Positions 23,423 to 35,896 of a stretch of DNA of 64,000 nucleotides are shown piece after piece. How positions within the stretch are numbered: position 1 is the stretch's first letter; every line of letters starts with the position of its first letter. Under the pieces are notes generated by a model. The model did no database searches and was not told the DNA's origin. It saw nothing but the letters and a program-made list of their open reading frames with translations. Source of the stretch: Trichoplax adhaerens (lineage: Eukaryota > Animalia > Placozoa); assembly GCF_000150275.1 (NCBI RefSeq), contig NW_002060947.1:914695-978694 (forward strand), in the 5' to 3' direction. The position numbers and the translations under genes were made by a program.

Positions 23423-26400
23423 TATTTATCGCTATAATTATATAATATAAACTGCTAGAGTAAAAGATTATTAACACCGATGTTTATTGCCTTCAAGGCA
23501 TTACTTGAATTTTACGTAATGATTGTTTACTACTTTGAGTAATGAACTGAGAAAGAGTCGTTGTACGTAAAGGATGAGTAATCTACTGTTTAGATGTAAG
23601 CTGATAAAAAGAGTCTATAATTACTATAAAAATTCCAATTTACACTGGCTTCGTTACTTTGATATATTAGCCGGTGTAATGTAGTCCCAAATTAGCTCAA
23701 GATTCAATTTGGTAGTTGTATGTGCACCTGATAAGTGTAAGATGAACTTAATTTATATAATAAAGTGAAGTTAGCAAGAACATATAGTTCTTATTTTGTT
23801 GTATTTAAGATAATTTTTCGCGTTTGGTTAGCTGAGAAGTAGAGGATTGTTGTCGTGATTATCTATAAATAGGATAGAATAGTACTTTCCTTGCAGTATG
23901 GGTTATATTTTTATTAAATGAGTAAAAGCTAATAGAATCTTCTGAGAAATGTATAGCTCTGTAGCGAACTAAAATCATCTCCTAGTAGAATGATTTACAT
24001 CAAAGCTCTTGTTTCAAGTTAGATAGCCTTTGTTTACGCCTTTATAGATTTGTCTTACACAAAAGCAAGCTCATAAGAATTTTGAGTTTCAAAATATAAT
24101 ATAGAAATTGAGATTTCATTTTACCAAATAACAGTAGAATGTAACCATTGTAATGGTTAGTACAAAATTTAATGCACACTATATGTAAGTAAAGGCAGAC
24201 AAAAAGACAATTTAGGGACTCGCTTTTATTCTATCAGACTGAAGTTATGAATACATGGTTTATATCGTAACAAGTATACAACAATGCAATAAAACTATCG
24301 GCTCGTTGTTGAAGTTTAGGTCGCTCTTTATTTCACTTGCTCGAACTAAGTGCTCTATCAGACAGGATCACGTCTTGTCATGAAATTGTAATAATAATAA
24401 TCAAATCTAACATGAACATAAATTTTATATTATATCCCAAAATACGTGAACATTTATAACATGTGATACTATGCATTAGATAAAGTGTAGATAAGCCGGA
24501 TGGAAAGTGCATGGTTATAACTTACATACGGTAGTACAATATCTAGAATTCTTCCCGCACCTTGTATCTGACGGAGTTAGAGTAATAAAGTTCTCCTCTC
24601 TGAAACTGCTCTCTCTTGTCTCAGTCTATAACTAGAAAGACATATTATTACACAAGCTACGATATTGCTATACAGTACAGCACGAGTCATGTTACGACAA
24701 AGAGTATGAATGATGAATGAGTGAGATATCTATCAATTTAATTGAAAATATGTTACAATAACTCATTGTAGGCATTTAATCTTGCATCTTTGCCATTCAT
24801 TACAATCGTTAAGTTGATTTTCTTTCAATCTTGCAAGTATTATGATATAGTAATGCTTGAATGTAGTATTGAAGCAAGCAATATAGGTTGTGGATGAATA
24901 TTCTTAACTCGAAATATAGATACTATTGGAAGATATTTATTTTGCACTACTAGTAGTATTCACCTTTACTTTGCATAGTTTCCAGCTGCAACTGTTTATA
25001 TTATGCAATCGTAGTTTCGTCTACAATTGATCATCTAAACCAAATTGAAAAATATATGGCAGTGCTGTTGATAATGGCGTATGACAGCTATAGTGTCTGT
25101 ATAGTGCATTTTGGACATGTTAGCGATATTTTACAGTCGTCATCGTGTGATATATCTGGTTACTGGAAGTAAATTAATTAAAGCAATCATCCATTAGTTT
25201 GTGTAGAGTAATAATAGCGTTTGGCCGTTCAGCTTCGATTCTGGGTCTTGTGAGCATAGTCTTTGTAATATAAGGTTATGATCGAATTACATCGGGTGAT
25301 AATCTTTAGCAAGATTACATAAACAAAACTCGGCTAAGGGCTTTTAGAGATACTACAACACTCTATTATATAGTAAGTTGTCTATAAATCATGACCAGCT
25401 TCTATAGAATCACACTTTAAGCTACCTATGAGTACATAAACGTATACATGTACGATAGTGCAAGAACCTACTTAGACCCAGCTATTCATTAATATCTTAC
25501 TGATAATAAGTTACTGTTACGCTAGTTAGTACAATCGCTTTGCTGATATTCACTCTGGTAGAACTTCACTAATTCAATTTTGTCATCGCTTTCGCAAGAT
25601 TGAATCGCTTTACTGACGGAGATAGGTTAATCAATTTTTTAACGCAATATCTCTACAGTAAAATGCGCTACCCTTTCATAAAATGACTAAACCTACTCGT
25701 ATATTTAATTCAATAGTCCATTTTGCAACAGTAACACCTCATTAATTGAAGCAGACCCTACCTATGCTAGTGATTTAATAACTGTTAATAATTATAATGA
25801 ATGGTCAATATTTACTTTCTATGGTTCAATTTACTTTATTTGCATTACATGATGTAATGCAAAGGTTTAATACTGTTTAAATAATGGCACATTCATTGCT
25901 GGACTGTTGAATAAATGACTATTTTATTGTAGTCAATTTTGCAAATTACTTTTTCCTATTTGTTATGGGAAGTATTGAAGGAGAGTGACTTTCCAGATCT
26001 TAAGAGTTTTAAAATGAGAATTTCATATTTGCTGGTGGAATATCCTAATTTACGGCAATCTATAAATCTTTTCATTCGGTATTGGCAATATTTTAATCCC
26101 GTGAGGCAGTTGCAATATCGAGCAGGAGGGTCACAACAGAGTGGATTATGCTTGTGTAAAGTGAGGATAAGAGCGTTTAAGGGTTTATCATGTGGATTCT
26201 TGAGATTATTGCAACATTAAGAATTTCGTCATAAGATGATAAAACTAAAACGTAACCATCACGAGATACAACTGCTGATATTATGTAATACGGACTTTAT
26301 TAACTCCCCACTCCATTATTAGTTATATGGATCTTAGCGTCTTTAGCAAGCTGTGAAAAGAACACATTTGAAGCTGTCTGTCGAGGTTTGCTCACTCGTG

Positions 26401-26699
26401 TACCGATACCCTGCTAGCAGAGTTATGTAGGTTGTTATGCGCCTATTACGATTTACGTTGGTGAGTCTATGCATTGACAGATTGACTTCCTATTACCTTG
26501 GCCATTTTCTGTACAGTTCATGATCCACAAATCCCCAATCACAACTCATCCTAACTGATGCTAACTAATCCTAACTAATGACAACGAATCACAACTATGG
26601 TGGTCTAGGTAGAGGTCATGGTCATGCCTTATTGACGTTCTTCACTCATTTCTACGGGTACTGTACCATGGACTAAGGATGATGTCAGATTACCTAGTC

Positions 26700-26976
26700 A
26701 AGATAGTCTACAGTGTACAGTACACAGTATAAGGCTTGATGGCTATGTACTGTACTGTAGTACTGTACACTGTAGTGGGCATGTCAGTCGTGCAGTACAG
26801 TACGGTGTGTCGGTGTTTACACGTACAGTACAGTACTGTATGGTACCATTACGGTACCATACCGTACTGTACGGTAAAGTCACTTCCAGCGTGATGTGCA
26901 GTACTGTACAGTACAGTACAGTACAGTACAGTACAGTACAGTAATAGTACAGTACCGTACTGTACCGTACAGTACA
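26700..26976. repeat. Mixed-orientation TA(CAG/CTG/CCG/CGG)TA pentamer cluster
   Basis: 26899-26974 reads CAGTA CTGTA (CAGTA)7 ATAGTA CAGTA CCGTA CTGTA CCGTA CAGTA. Confidence 0.95.
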
Positions 26977-27030
26977 TTTCTAGCAACTCATTGAGCACGG
27001 TCCTGAAAGGAGCCGGCTAAACTCAGAATT

Positions 27031-27038
27031 CTATAAAT
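27031..27038 (+). promoter_or_regulatory. Candidate TATA box for a P450 member 3 transcript with a 5'-UTR intron
   Basis: TATAAATA in a locally GC-richer segment just after the pentamer cluster. A GTAAGT donor follows at ~27194 and a pyrimidine-rich TTTTAG acceptor at ~28278, before the CYP start. No transcript evidence. Confidence 0.3.
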
Positions 27039-27226
27039 AGGGAGGACCACCAGTGACCATAGGAGCATATAGGAATAAGGATAGATGTTCATTTTACAGT
27101 TAGTTTATTGCTCCTCGTGGACAGGAAATTAACCCTGATTTCTCGATCATATCTGGAGGTGTGCAAATACTGCACGGTAGAAGAGATCGACTCGTAAGTA
27201 TTGTCCGTGTTCACTCATGTTGCACC

Positions 27227-27970
27227 GTTACGTAAATACTGGACGTAGTACAGTATAGTAAATCTGTAGATGATGACGAATAGTTTATTGTTATTTATTA
27301 CTGTGCTAGTGTACATTAGACAATATACGTACATGTTATTTGACAATCAGTTGGCGTGCGTTTCATCTAGTATTAATACTAGTCACATCGCATGTATAAT
27401 ATCAACTATCAATCAATCAATCTTAAGTAAGGGATTCTTTATAATAAATAAAAGTATAGAACGTAATTGAATGATTGACTAGGTTACGTCAATACTGTAG
27501 TATGGTAAATCCGTAGATGATGACGAATAGTATATTGTTATTTATTACTGTACAAGTGTACATTAGACAATATATCATGTTATTTGACAATCAGTTGGCA
27601 TGCGTTACATCTAGTATTAATACTAGTCACATTGCATGTATAATATCAGCTATCAATCAATCAATCTTAAGTAAGGGATTCTTTATAATAAATAAAAGTA
27701 TAGAACGTAATTGAATGATTGACTAGGTTACGTCAATACTGTAGTATAGTAAATCCGTAGATGATGACGAATAGTATATTGTTATTTATTACTGTACAAG
27801 TGTACATTAGACAATATTCATGTTATTTGACATTCAGTTGGCATGCGTTACATCTAGTATTAATACTAGTCACATCGCATGTATAATATCAGCTATCAAT
27901 CAATCAATCTTAAGTAAGGGATTCTTTATAATAAATAAAAGTATAGAACGTAATTGAGCGATTGACTAGG
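27227..27970. repeat. Tandem repeat, 3 near-identical units of ~245 bp
   Basis: GTAGATGATGACGAATAG...ATAGAACGTAATTGA..GATTGACTAGGT repeated; the internal ATG falls at 27270, 27517 and 27761. Confidence 0.95.
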
Positions 27971-28372
27971 TGGTTGGTAGTAAGTGAATGGATCTACAGT
28001 ACCTGTATAATAGCTCGTTAAAGTCAAATTGGACACGTTGATTAACATGTTATCTACAGGATTAATAGGTAGAGTAAAAACCGAGAATATCCGGTTAGAA
28101 GTAAGTATTAAAAGGGTTCTAATTAAAAAGCAAGCTACGAGCTAAATTGACTAGATCATCGAAGGGAAAGAATACCTAATTCTGATTATCTCCTCTTGCC
28201 ACAACCTTAGTCATGACGCAACTAAATAGATAGTTAAGGTATTCCCTTGACAGATTTTATTACTGATATTTGAATGTCTTTTATTTCTTGATTTTAGTCC
28301 AAGTTTGACGTCCAAAAGTGGGATTGCATTGCCGTTGACATTTTCCTTTAAGGCAAATCCGCTATCTTTATT

Positions 28373-29881
28373 ATGATGGCGATCCAGGACATCTTGGTGT
28401 TCCTATTTGTGCCACAATCCATCACTCATTTTATTGAACTAACAGCCATAATTGGATTAGCAATTTTAATTTATAGAATAGTAATTGACCCATATCGACG
28501 ATTAAAGAAATTGGGACTCGCTGGCCCCAAATTTAAGCCTGTCATTGGAAATATTGCAGATTGGGGGCCGACTGGGCAGCATCTTGCTCTGTTGGAATGG
28601 AGAAAGAAATATGGAAATGTATTTGCTACCATGTTCTTTGGTACCCCGACCGTTTGGATTGGGGAGCCCAATATGGTACGAGAAGTGATGGTTAAAAGTT
28701 TTTCCAACTTTTCAAACCGGTTTCCACCTTTTGGAAAACCCATATCACCGTTTGACAAAGGAGTTCTCTTTTTGAAAGATGATGACTGGAAACGCGTTCG
28801 AAATATCCTCATTACGACTTTTTCAGCTTCTAAACTGAAACAAATTGTGCCGTTGATGAAAGACATTGATGCCAAGTTTATTGAAGAGCTAGTTGAAACT
28901 AATCAAGTAGATGGTAAAGTAAACATCTTAGATCATGCCGGCTATTTTTCATTAGAAGTTGTTTTGGCTATTATTTTTGGCATTGAATATGAATCCAAGG
29001 AGCAAAAAATCAAATTAGCTCGTACTGCCAAAGATTTAGTTGAGCCTATACAAGGGTTCCTTTTGATTATTTTTCTGCTTTGCCCTTCTATGTGGAAGAT
29101 TATAGAACCATATTTTGGTACCATCGTACAGTCTATTAATAAGATTACAGATCTAACAAATGAAATTGTTAAACAGCGACGAAAGAATTTAAATGCTGGT
29201 TTGCCTTGTCGCAAAGATATGCTACAACTTATAGTTGAAGCTGGCGACCAAGAAAAATTAAGTGATGAGGAAATTATAAGTCAGGCCATAATTTTTTTCA
29301 TTGCTGGTTATGATACAACATCCAATACTATAGCATATGCTTCATACTTGTTGGCTACGCATCCAGAAATTCAGGATAAGTTATACCAGGAGATTTGCAC
29401 GAAATGCCCAGATGTAAATAGCATTGATTATGAAATATTGAATAATTTAACCTACTTAGATATGGTTATTTCTGAGACACTAAGGCTATATCCACCGGGA
29501 TTTTTTTCCAATCGTGAAGTTAAGAAGGAGGTAACAATTGAAGGCGTCCGCATTCCCAACGATAGTATCGTTGGTATACCTATTTATACAATTCACCATA
29601 ATCCTCAGTTTTGGCCAGATCCTGAGCAATTTATACCAGAACGGTTCACACCAGAAGAAAAGGCCAAACGTAATCCATGTTGTTACTTACCTTTTGGTGA
29701 TGGGCCACGAAATTGTGTTGGTATGCGATTGGCTTTATTGGAAGTAAAATTGGCATTAGTAAGCTTAATGCAAAATTTAGAGTTAAAGACGGTGGCAGAT
29801 ACAGAGGTACCGTTAAAGCTGAAAACCGGGGGTACTTTAACAGCTGCTAACGGGATCTGGCTAGGACTTGGTACTCGATAA
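28373..29881 (+). CDS. Cytochrome P450 (CYP3-clan-like), member 3, 502 aa
   Basis: WKRVR, AGYDTT, ETLR, PERF, FGDGPRNCVG; intronless CDS. Confidence 0.96.
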   Translation: MMAIQDILVFLFVPQSITHFIELTAIIGLAILIYRIVIDPYRRLKKLGLAGPKFKPVIGNIADWGPTGQHLALLEWRKKYGNVFATMFFGTPTVWIGEPNMVREVMVKSFSNFSNRFPPFGKPISPFDKGVLFLKDDDWKRVRNILITTFSASKLKQIVPLMKDIDAKFIEELVETNQVDGKVNILDHAGYFSLEVVLAIIFGIEYESKEQKIKLARTAKDLVEPIQGFLLIIFLLCPSMWKIIEPYFGTIVQSINKITDLTNEIVKQRRKNLNAGLPCRKDMLQLIVEAGDQEKLSDEEIISQAIIFFIAGYDTTSNTIAYASYLLATHPEIQDKLYQEICTKCPDVNSIDYEILNNLTYLDMVISETLRLYPPGFFSNREVKKEVTIEGVRIPNDSIVGIPIYTIHHNPQFWPDPEQFIPERFTPEEKAKRNPCCYLPFGDGPRNCVGMRLALLEVKLALVSLMQNLELKTVADTEVPLKLKTGGTLTAANGIWLGLGTR

Positions 29882-30989
29882 AGCATGCATTGACTACTCT
29901 ATGTAAGTCGGTAGTAGTCAGATAATGCAGGTTGGCATATTTGAGCGTTGAAATGACGATTCAAGTACGTGGATTTTAACTTAATAATTAATTCAAACAA
30001 TAATTGATGACAAGTGCATGATCAATCAATCAATTTTGCCTTTATTGGTTCCATAGTAGAACTTAAACCAATTTTGTAATTTATGCGTTTGATTATAATT
30101 ATTGCTAATGTGGTGTTACTCATGTTGTTATTCCTTATCCTTGTATTGTAAGTGACTCGTTTATTAATTCTAATAAATTGCGCTATCTTGTATTAAGCTA
30201 TACCTGAAGATTGCGCTTGCCGTATCTGTCAAGGTTTAGCGATTCATGTTACAGTCACATCATATTAAAATCTTTTTCTACCAATTTGGATGGATACCGG
30301 CACTCATATAATACTGCATACTGTAGGTATGATTCATTCCTGACATAATTAATCCTTCAAAGTTCTAGATATTTAAACTCACTCTATCTAATACGATAAT
30401 ACCAGGGTATTAGCTCATAGTATACTGCTTATAGCTCAATTATATTAGTACAGGTCTCAATAAGGTTTACTCTAAGTCAGTTAATTATTTGAGTAATCAC
30501 TACGAGATGATGAATGACTTGTAATATTTATGCAAGTATGTATGGTTTTTCATATAATTCACTCTTTTTCGCCTGCACATTAAGTTTTATAGTTTACGCT
30601 ACACGAAGCGTAAGTTAGCGTAACAACGCAATATTGCAAGTAGTAAATCGAAAGCTAACAAATTGATTTATATTTATATGATTACAATTATTTTAGTGTG
30701 TGATATCAAAACATTTAAATTTAGCAGCCATAATTATTATACTGTTTTCACTGTACACGGAAACTGCGTGCCACGTATCAAAGCTGCAGATTATTTGTAC
30801 CAAATACCTGAATAGCATGAGTTTGTATGCAAGAAATCATTCTAATTTATAAACAGTTACTGTTGGAAACTTCGTATCTAATTTAAAATTTAATTTACAT
30901 TTTGTGATAGAGATTCCCTAGAACACGTATACGTCGTATACTGTAAGTAATCTCACTCTCACTTTCACCGCCGCTTTTACTTTTAATAC

Positions 30990-31495
30990 TTTTGGTATTT
31001 TTTATATCGTGTTCTGGTGTTTCTTGACTGTTAATAAATTTATACTTATTTTTATAACTCGCGTTACCTAAATTAAAATTAACTCTAAATTCAATGTTTT
31101 ATCGGCCCTTTCACACCTTTTACTTTGAAAAGTACTCGTATTTTTTATATTGTGTTCTCGTGTTTTTTGACTGTTAATAAATTTAAATTTATTTATTTAT
31201 TTTTATAACTCGTGTTATCTAAATGAACTCTAAATTCAATGTTTTATTACTTTCAAAACTACACGTATTTTTTATATTGTGTTCTCGTGTTTTTTGACTG
31301 CTAATAAATTTAAATTTATTTATTTTTATAACTCGTGTTATCTAAATGAACTCTAAATTCGATGTTTTATTACTTTCAAAACTACTCGTATTTTTGATAT
31401 TGTGTTCTCGTGTTTTTTTGACTGCTAATAAATTTAAATTTATTTATTTTTATAACCGTGTTATCTAATTGAACTCTAAATTCAATGTTTTATCT
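30990..31495. repeat. AT-rich tandem repeat, ~4 units of ~125-140 bp
   Basis: TTGTGTTCTCGTGTTTTTTGACTG.TAATAAATTT...TATAACTCGTGTTATCTAAATGAACTCTAAATTCAATGTTTTAT repeated. Confidence 0.9.
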
Positions 31496-31569
31496 TCCCC
31501 TCCTTTAGCACTAATAATTACTAATTGCTACTACTATATCACAGAGACTCTTTACCGCAAGACTTTAGC

Positions 31570-31901
31570 GTACGGTACTGTACAGTGTACAGTACCAACC
31601 TCGTTTTGTACTGTACACTGTAAGGTATTGACGTACAGATCCTCATCGGTATCATGCCGATACAAAATTCACTATATACAGTATGGCAAACGTTACCCGT
31701 ATCATACCTGATTAAATGTCTTAGTACAGTACTTTCCACACATGCAGTACGATATCCGGGTACTGTACAGTACAGTACAGTACAGTACAGTAGTTCAGCA
31801 CGATCTTACAGTACAGTACAGTACAATATTTACAAGGGCGATCAGAAATCTTGAGGTTACCTGCAGGCTGATGATGATATTTATTTATTATTGTACTGTA
31901 C
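31570..31901. repeat. Mixed-orientation TA(CAG/CTG/CGG)TA pentamer cluster upstream of P450 member 4
   Basis: TACGGTACTGTACAGTGTACAGTA at ~31571; TACTGTA(CAGTA)5 at 31761-31792; (CAGTA)3 at ~31809-31823. Confidence 0.92.
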
Positions 31902-31977
31902 AATGTATATTAATGTATTTAATTTCAGTTGAGAATAGGAATCTCGACTAGAATCTATTCTTTTCCAGCGAGCCATT

Positions 31978-33501
31978 ATGTCGATTAATGATATTTTAGC
32001 AAAAATCTGGTTACCACAAACTCCTTTACAACAGTTGATTGTTGCAGTGGTGGTTGTTACTTGTAGCTATTTTTATTACAAGTTTTTTGTGGCTCCTGTG
32101 CGTCGATTGAGAAAGATTGGATTGCCATTTCCTGCACCAACAGCATTGACTGGAAATATATTCGATTATGGACCTACCAAACAACATATAGCTCAACTAG
32201 AATGGCAAAAAAAGTATGGTACTAGGTATGCAACACAATTCTTTAAAGCTCCTGCAGTATGGATTGCCGAGCCAGAACTGTTGAAAACAATCATGGTCAA
32301 AGATTTCTCCAACTTTGCTAATCGCTTTTCATTTAATGCAGCTTTGCCATACTTCAATAAAACGTTATTGGAATTAAAAAATCAGGATTGGAAACGTGTT
32401 CGAACTATTCTTATTCCAACATTTACGGCATCCAAGCTCAAGTTAATTGTCCCACTTATTAAAGATACTGCAGATATTTTGATCGATAAACTTATTAAAG
32501 CGGATGAAAAAGGCGAAAATATCGATCTTTGGAAAGCCTCTGGCATGTTTAGCATGAAAGTCATTCTTGGAACTGCATTCGGACTTGAATTTGAAAATGA
32601 AGAGCAGGAAGTCAAACTGACAAACGCAGCAGGTCTATTTTTTAGACAGGACTTTGGCATTAGGCAAACTATATTCCAGTTAATCTTTTTTGCTTCAGCC
32701 AAACTTTTCCTCTTCCTTGAACCCAGATGCGGAGGTAAAGTGGTCAAGTCTATTTATTATATTGTTGGCATAACCAAGAATGCCATTCAAGAACGTAGAA
32801 ATAATATGAATGCAGGCATACCTTGTCGTCGAGATATGTTGCAACACATGATTGAAGCAGGTGGCGATGATAAACTCACTGATGATGAAATTATCAGTCA
32901 ATCCTTTATTTTCCTTTTAGCTGGTTATGAAACCACACAGAATACGCTTGCGTTTGTTTGTTATTCATTAGCTACGAACCCAGATGTCCAGCAGAAGCTT
33001 ATCGATGAAATTGATGACAAATGTCCTGATGAAGACTCGGTAACTTACGACGTAATCTCTGAGTTAACTTATATGGACATGGTAGTAAGTGAAGCTCTAC
33101 GAATGTATCCACCAGCCTCTTTTATTAATCGTGAAGTAAATGAGGAGGCGACTGTTGATGGAACGTACATTCCAAAAGATGTTATGTTGTCATTTCCAAT
33201 CTATGCAATGCATCACAATCCAAAATATTGGCCAGATCCTGAACGATTTGATCCAGAACGATTTAGCTCTGAAGCAAAGAGTGAACATCATCCGTTTTCT
33301 TATCTGCCATTTGGAAGCGGACCGCGAAATTGTATCGGTATGAGATTAGCCTTACTGGAAGTGAAGATGGCATTAGTGAAATTATTGCAGAAAATTGAAT
33401 TTATCACAACTAAGGATACAGAAATTCCTTTACAATTAAAGTCATTGTCAACTTTATCGCCAGAGAATGGGGTCTACTTGGGTATTCGAAAGAGATACTA
33501 A
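31978..33501 (+). CDS. Cytochrome P450 (CYP3-clan-like), member 4, 507 aa
   Basis: WKRVR, AGYETT, EALR, PERF, FGSGPRNCIG; intronless CDS. Confidence 0.96.
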   Translation: MSINDILAKIWLPQTPLQQLIVAVVVVTCSYFYYKFFVAPVRRLRKIGLPFPAPTALTGNIFDYGPTKQHIAQLEWQKKYGTRYATQFFKAPAVWIAEPELLKTIMVKDFSNFANRFSFNAALPYFNKTLLELKNQDWKRVRTILIPTFTASKLKLIVPLIKDTADILIDKLIKADEKGENIDLWKASGMFSMKVILGTAFGLEFENEEQEVKLTNAAGLFFRQDFGIRQTIFQLIFFASAKLFLFLEPRCGGKVVKSIYYIVGITKNAIQERRNNMNAGIPCRRDMLQHMIEAGGDDKLTDDEIISQSFIFLLAGYETTQNTLAFVCYSLATNPDVQQKLIDEIDDKCPDEDSVTYDVISELTYMDMVVSEALRMYPPASFINREVNEEATVDGTYIPKDVMLSFPIYAMHHNPKYWPDPERFDPERFSSEAKSEHHPFSYLPFGSGPRNCIGMRLALLEVKMALVKLLQKIEFITTKDTEIPLQLKSLSTLSPENGVYLGIRKRY

Positions 33502-35896
33502 GGCCTGCAACTAAGTCATTAAGTCACCTTTTGGATTGCCGTAAAGTTGATAGCAAGGTCTGCTAAGATCTCTTTGCGGCTGCTATCGATCATATTTTCC
33601 GTGCTTAATTATCCAACGCTATAAGGCTGTATTCTTTCACTATAGCTAAGTAAATATCCATAGAATTAGTACGATACGTGTACGTAACATATTATGTATA
33701 GTGCTGCTCTATCAAGTAAGTTTATAACGACTTAGGGGTAGATCATGCTTCAGAAGTGTAATATCTTCAAGCATTTTGATAATCATTGATAGCTGTTCGA
33801 TTTGTTTGTCCGTACTTGAGTTGGGCAACAAAATAGATATTTTATACTGCCATTAAGAAGCTTAAATATATTTTCAAAAGCTAATTTACTCTAAATGCTA
33901 ACAACCAGATTTGGTTAGTAATTATCAACAGAAAGTAAAATTGAGTTATGGGTGATACTTAAATACATTTTTGATGATATATTATACCATTCCAATATCA
34001 ATTTGCCGGTTTTTATAAAGTCATGCGCTTTGATAGCAACAAATATTACTACGGTATACTTGTAAACGTCAATAAATCATAAAATAAAATAGTCTATTTC
34101 TTTATACTGTCGTACTAATTATCCAGGTTTATTTTTAAGTACTACCTTAGTAGATTTTCTCGTTCGTGATACTTTGCGTACTGGTTTAATTTAAAGTGGC
34201 TGAAGACGTATAATAATGTGTGTGGCTAACAACTAGTTCAGCAATACCATTAATTATTGTTGGTGTTATAAGAATAGTTGAGTGGCAAGATTTTGAAGGA
34301 TAAAATTAAAATAAATAATTCGATCGTTACAAGTGCAAACACAGCGATATTTTCCACTGATAGTGCAATATTAAAAGACCGGAGTACTGTATATAGATAA
34401 CAAAATATAAGCCGCGTGTCTACAAATCGCAGCTCTGAGATAGAAGCGATAGAGAATCAACTTAATAGCAAAATTATTACTTTTGTGGAAGAATAATTAT
34501 AATATTTCTAGTAAGAAATTCAGTAGTACCTACTACAGACGAGGCGATAGTAAAAATATAGATCCTGGAAATAGATCATGATTCCGGCGACTACTGTGTA
34601 GCGGCAGTGTACAGATTTTCTAAACACCTGATTGGCTACAGAATTCTACCAATAGGGGCAATTTCGTAAATTTTTCAGGCTTAATTTAATCGTCATTCCA
34701 AGTTATTATCTCGCGCCACTATAATGCTCTCAAACTGATCATTATTACTTCCGTCGTTATTTATAACCTCAGATTTCTAGATCATTAGATTGATATCTTT
34801 TGTGAAAATATATGGACGTTATGAGGGCCTTAAAAATAAGTTGTAAGATTTTATAGGAATGCACTGGTTGATCATTCGAACAGCGATAATAAGGACTATA
34901 TCTTAATTCGGTAATAAAAAGGAGCCTATATTTTTCAGTAACAACCTTATATTGATAAACTAGTTAACGAAATTCTTAAAATTTCCGTATGAGATTTAAG
35001 AAATGTTAACTACTATAACTTTGCTAAATTTAATGCCAATTATCAAGTGAATTAGGGTTCTACTGTAAATTGAGATATCTTCATCATTTCAAATCTCGAT
35101 ATGCCAGCGCTGTTATATCGCAATGTAAAAATGTTATATTGTGTATCATATAGCATGGAATAAGTAATCGATCTGCTTATTTAGAATCTTGAACAGGTCA
35201 ATTCTAATTATTGCAGATATTATACCTTGATTACTGGCAAAATTATTAAACTAATAGTAATTGATCTTTGCAATAAGTGGATTAACTAGAGCTTGGGTTC
35301 GAAATCGAGAAGCTCCACATTTGTATTGCTAAAATAGTAGAACGTGCGCCCTTCCTAATACTAGCAACAATATGCAATTATTTTACTAGGTGCAATCGAC
35401 TGTTCTATCGTACACACTTCTTTACTCCATACTACTACCATAATTTTAAAGCCTGTAACTGCTATAATTAGCTGAAATAATATAGAGCATATATGTGTAA
35501 TGTGTGTAATGCCACTACAGCATATGAAAAAGATCTAGCCGTTGCTAAGCTGACGTATATGACGTAAATGCATTATGCAAATTTTACAGCATACAGTACA
35601 AATTAATTAATATACAGTACAGGATAGTAGATGAAAAATAATATTCTTAATCGCATTGCAAGCCTATAACTGGTTGATGATGGTGTTTATCAGCTGAGGC
35701 AATATTAATATTTCATCGATAAAACTTAACTAAATACATTTTGATGTTAATAATATTTATATAAAATTAGTGCTGCTGGTACTCAACTTCCACCTAGTAA
35801 ATCTATGGAGCTGATCTAATCTTTAACTTATAATCAGTAAGCATAAAGTAAATGATAATACATTACCAACTGATTTACGGATTGATTGAAAACGGA

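Noticed and set aside
26899-26974. CRISPR array or telomeric repeat
   Set aside because: No repeat-spacer structure or cas genes; eukaryotic context; the unit is not TTAGGG and orientation is mixed.
26992-27026. Hairpin CGGTCC-TGAAA-GGAGCCG resembling SRP RNA helix 8
   Set aside because: Only loose resemblance, and no Alu domain or other SRP helices could be recognised by eye. An Rfam/Infernal scan would settle it.
27270-27714. Two near-identical 65-66 aa ORFs as secreted peptides
   Set aside because: They are by-products of the 245-bp tandem repeat. The third unit is frameshifted and the units differ by indels.
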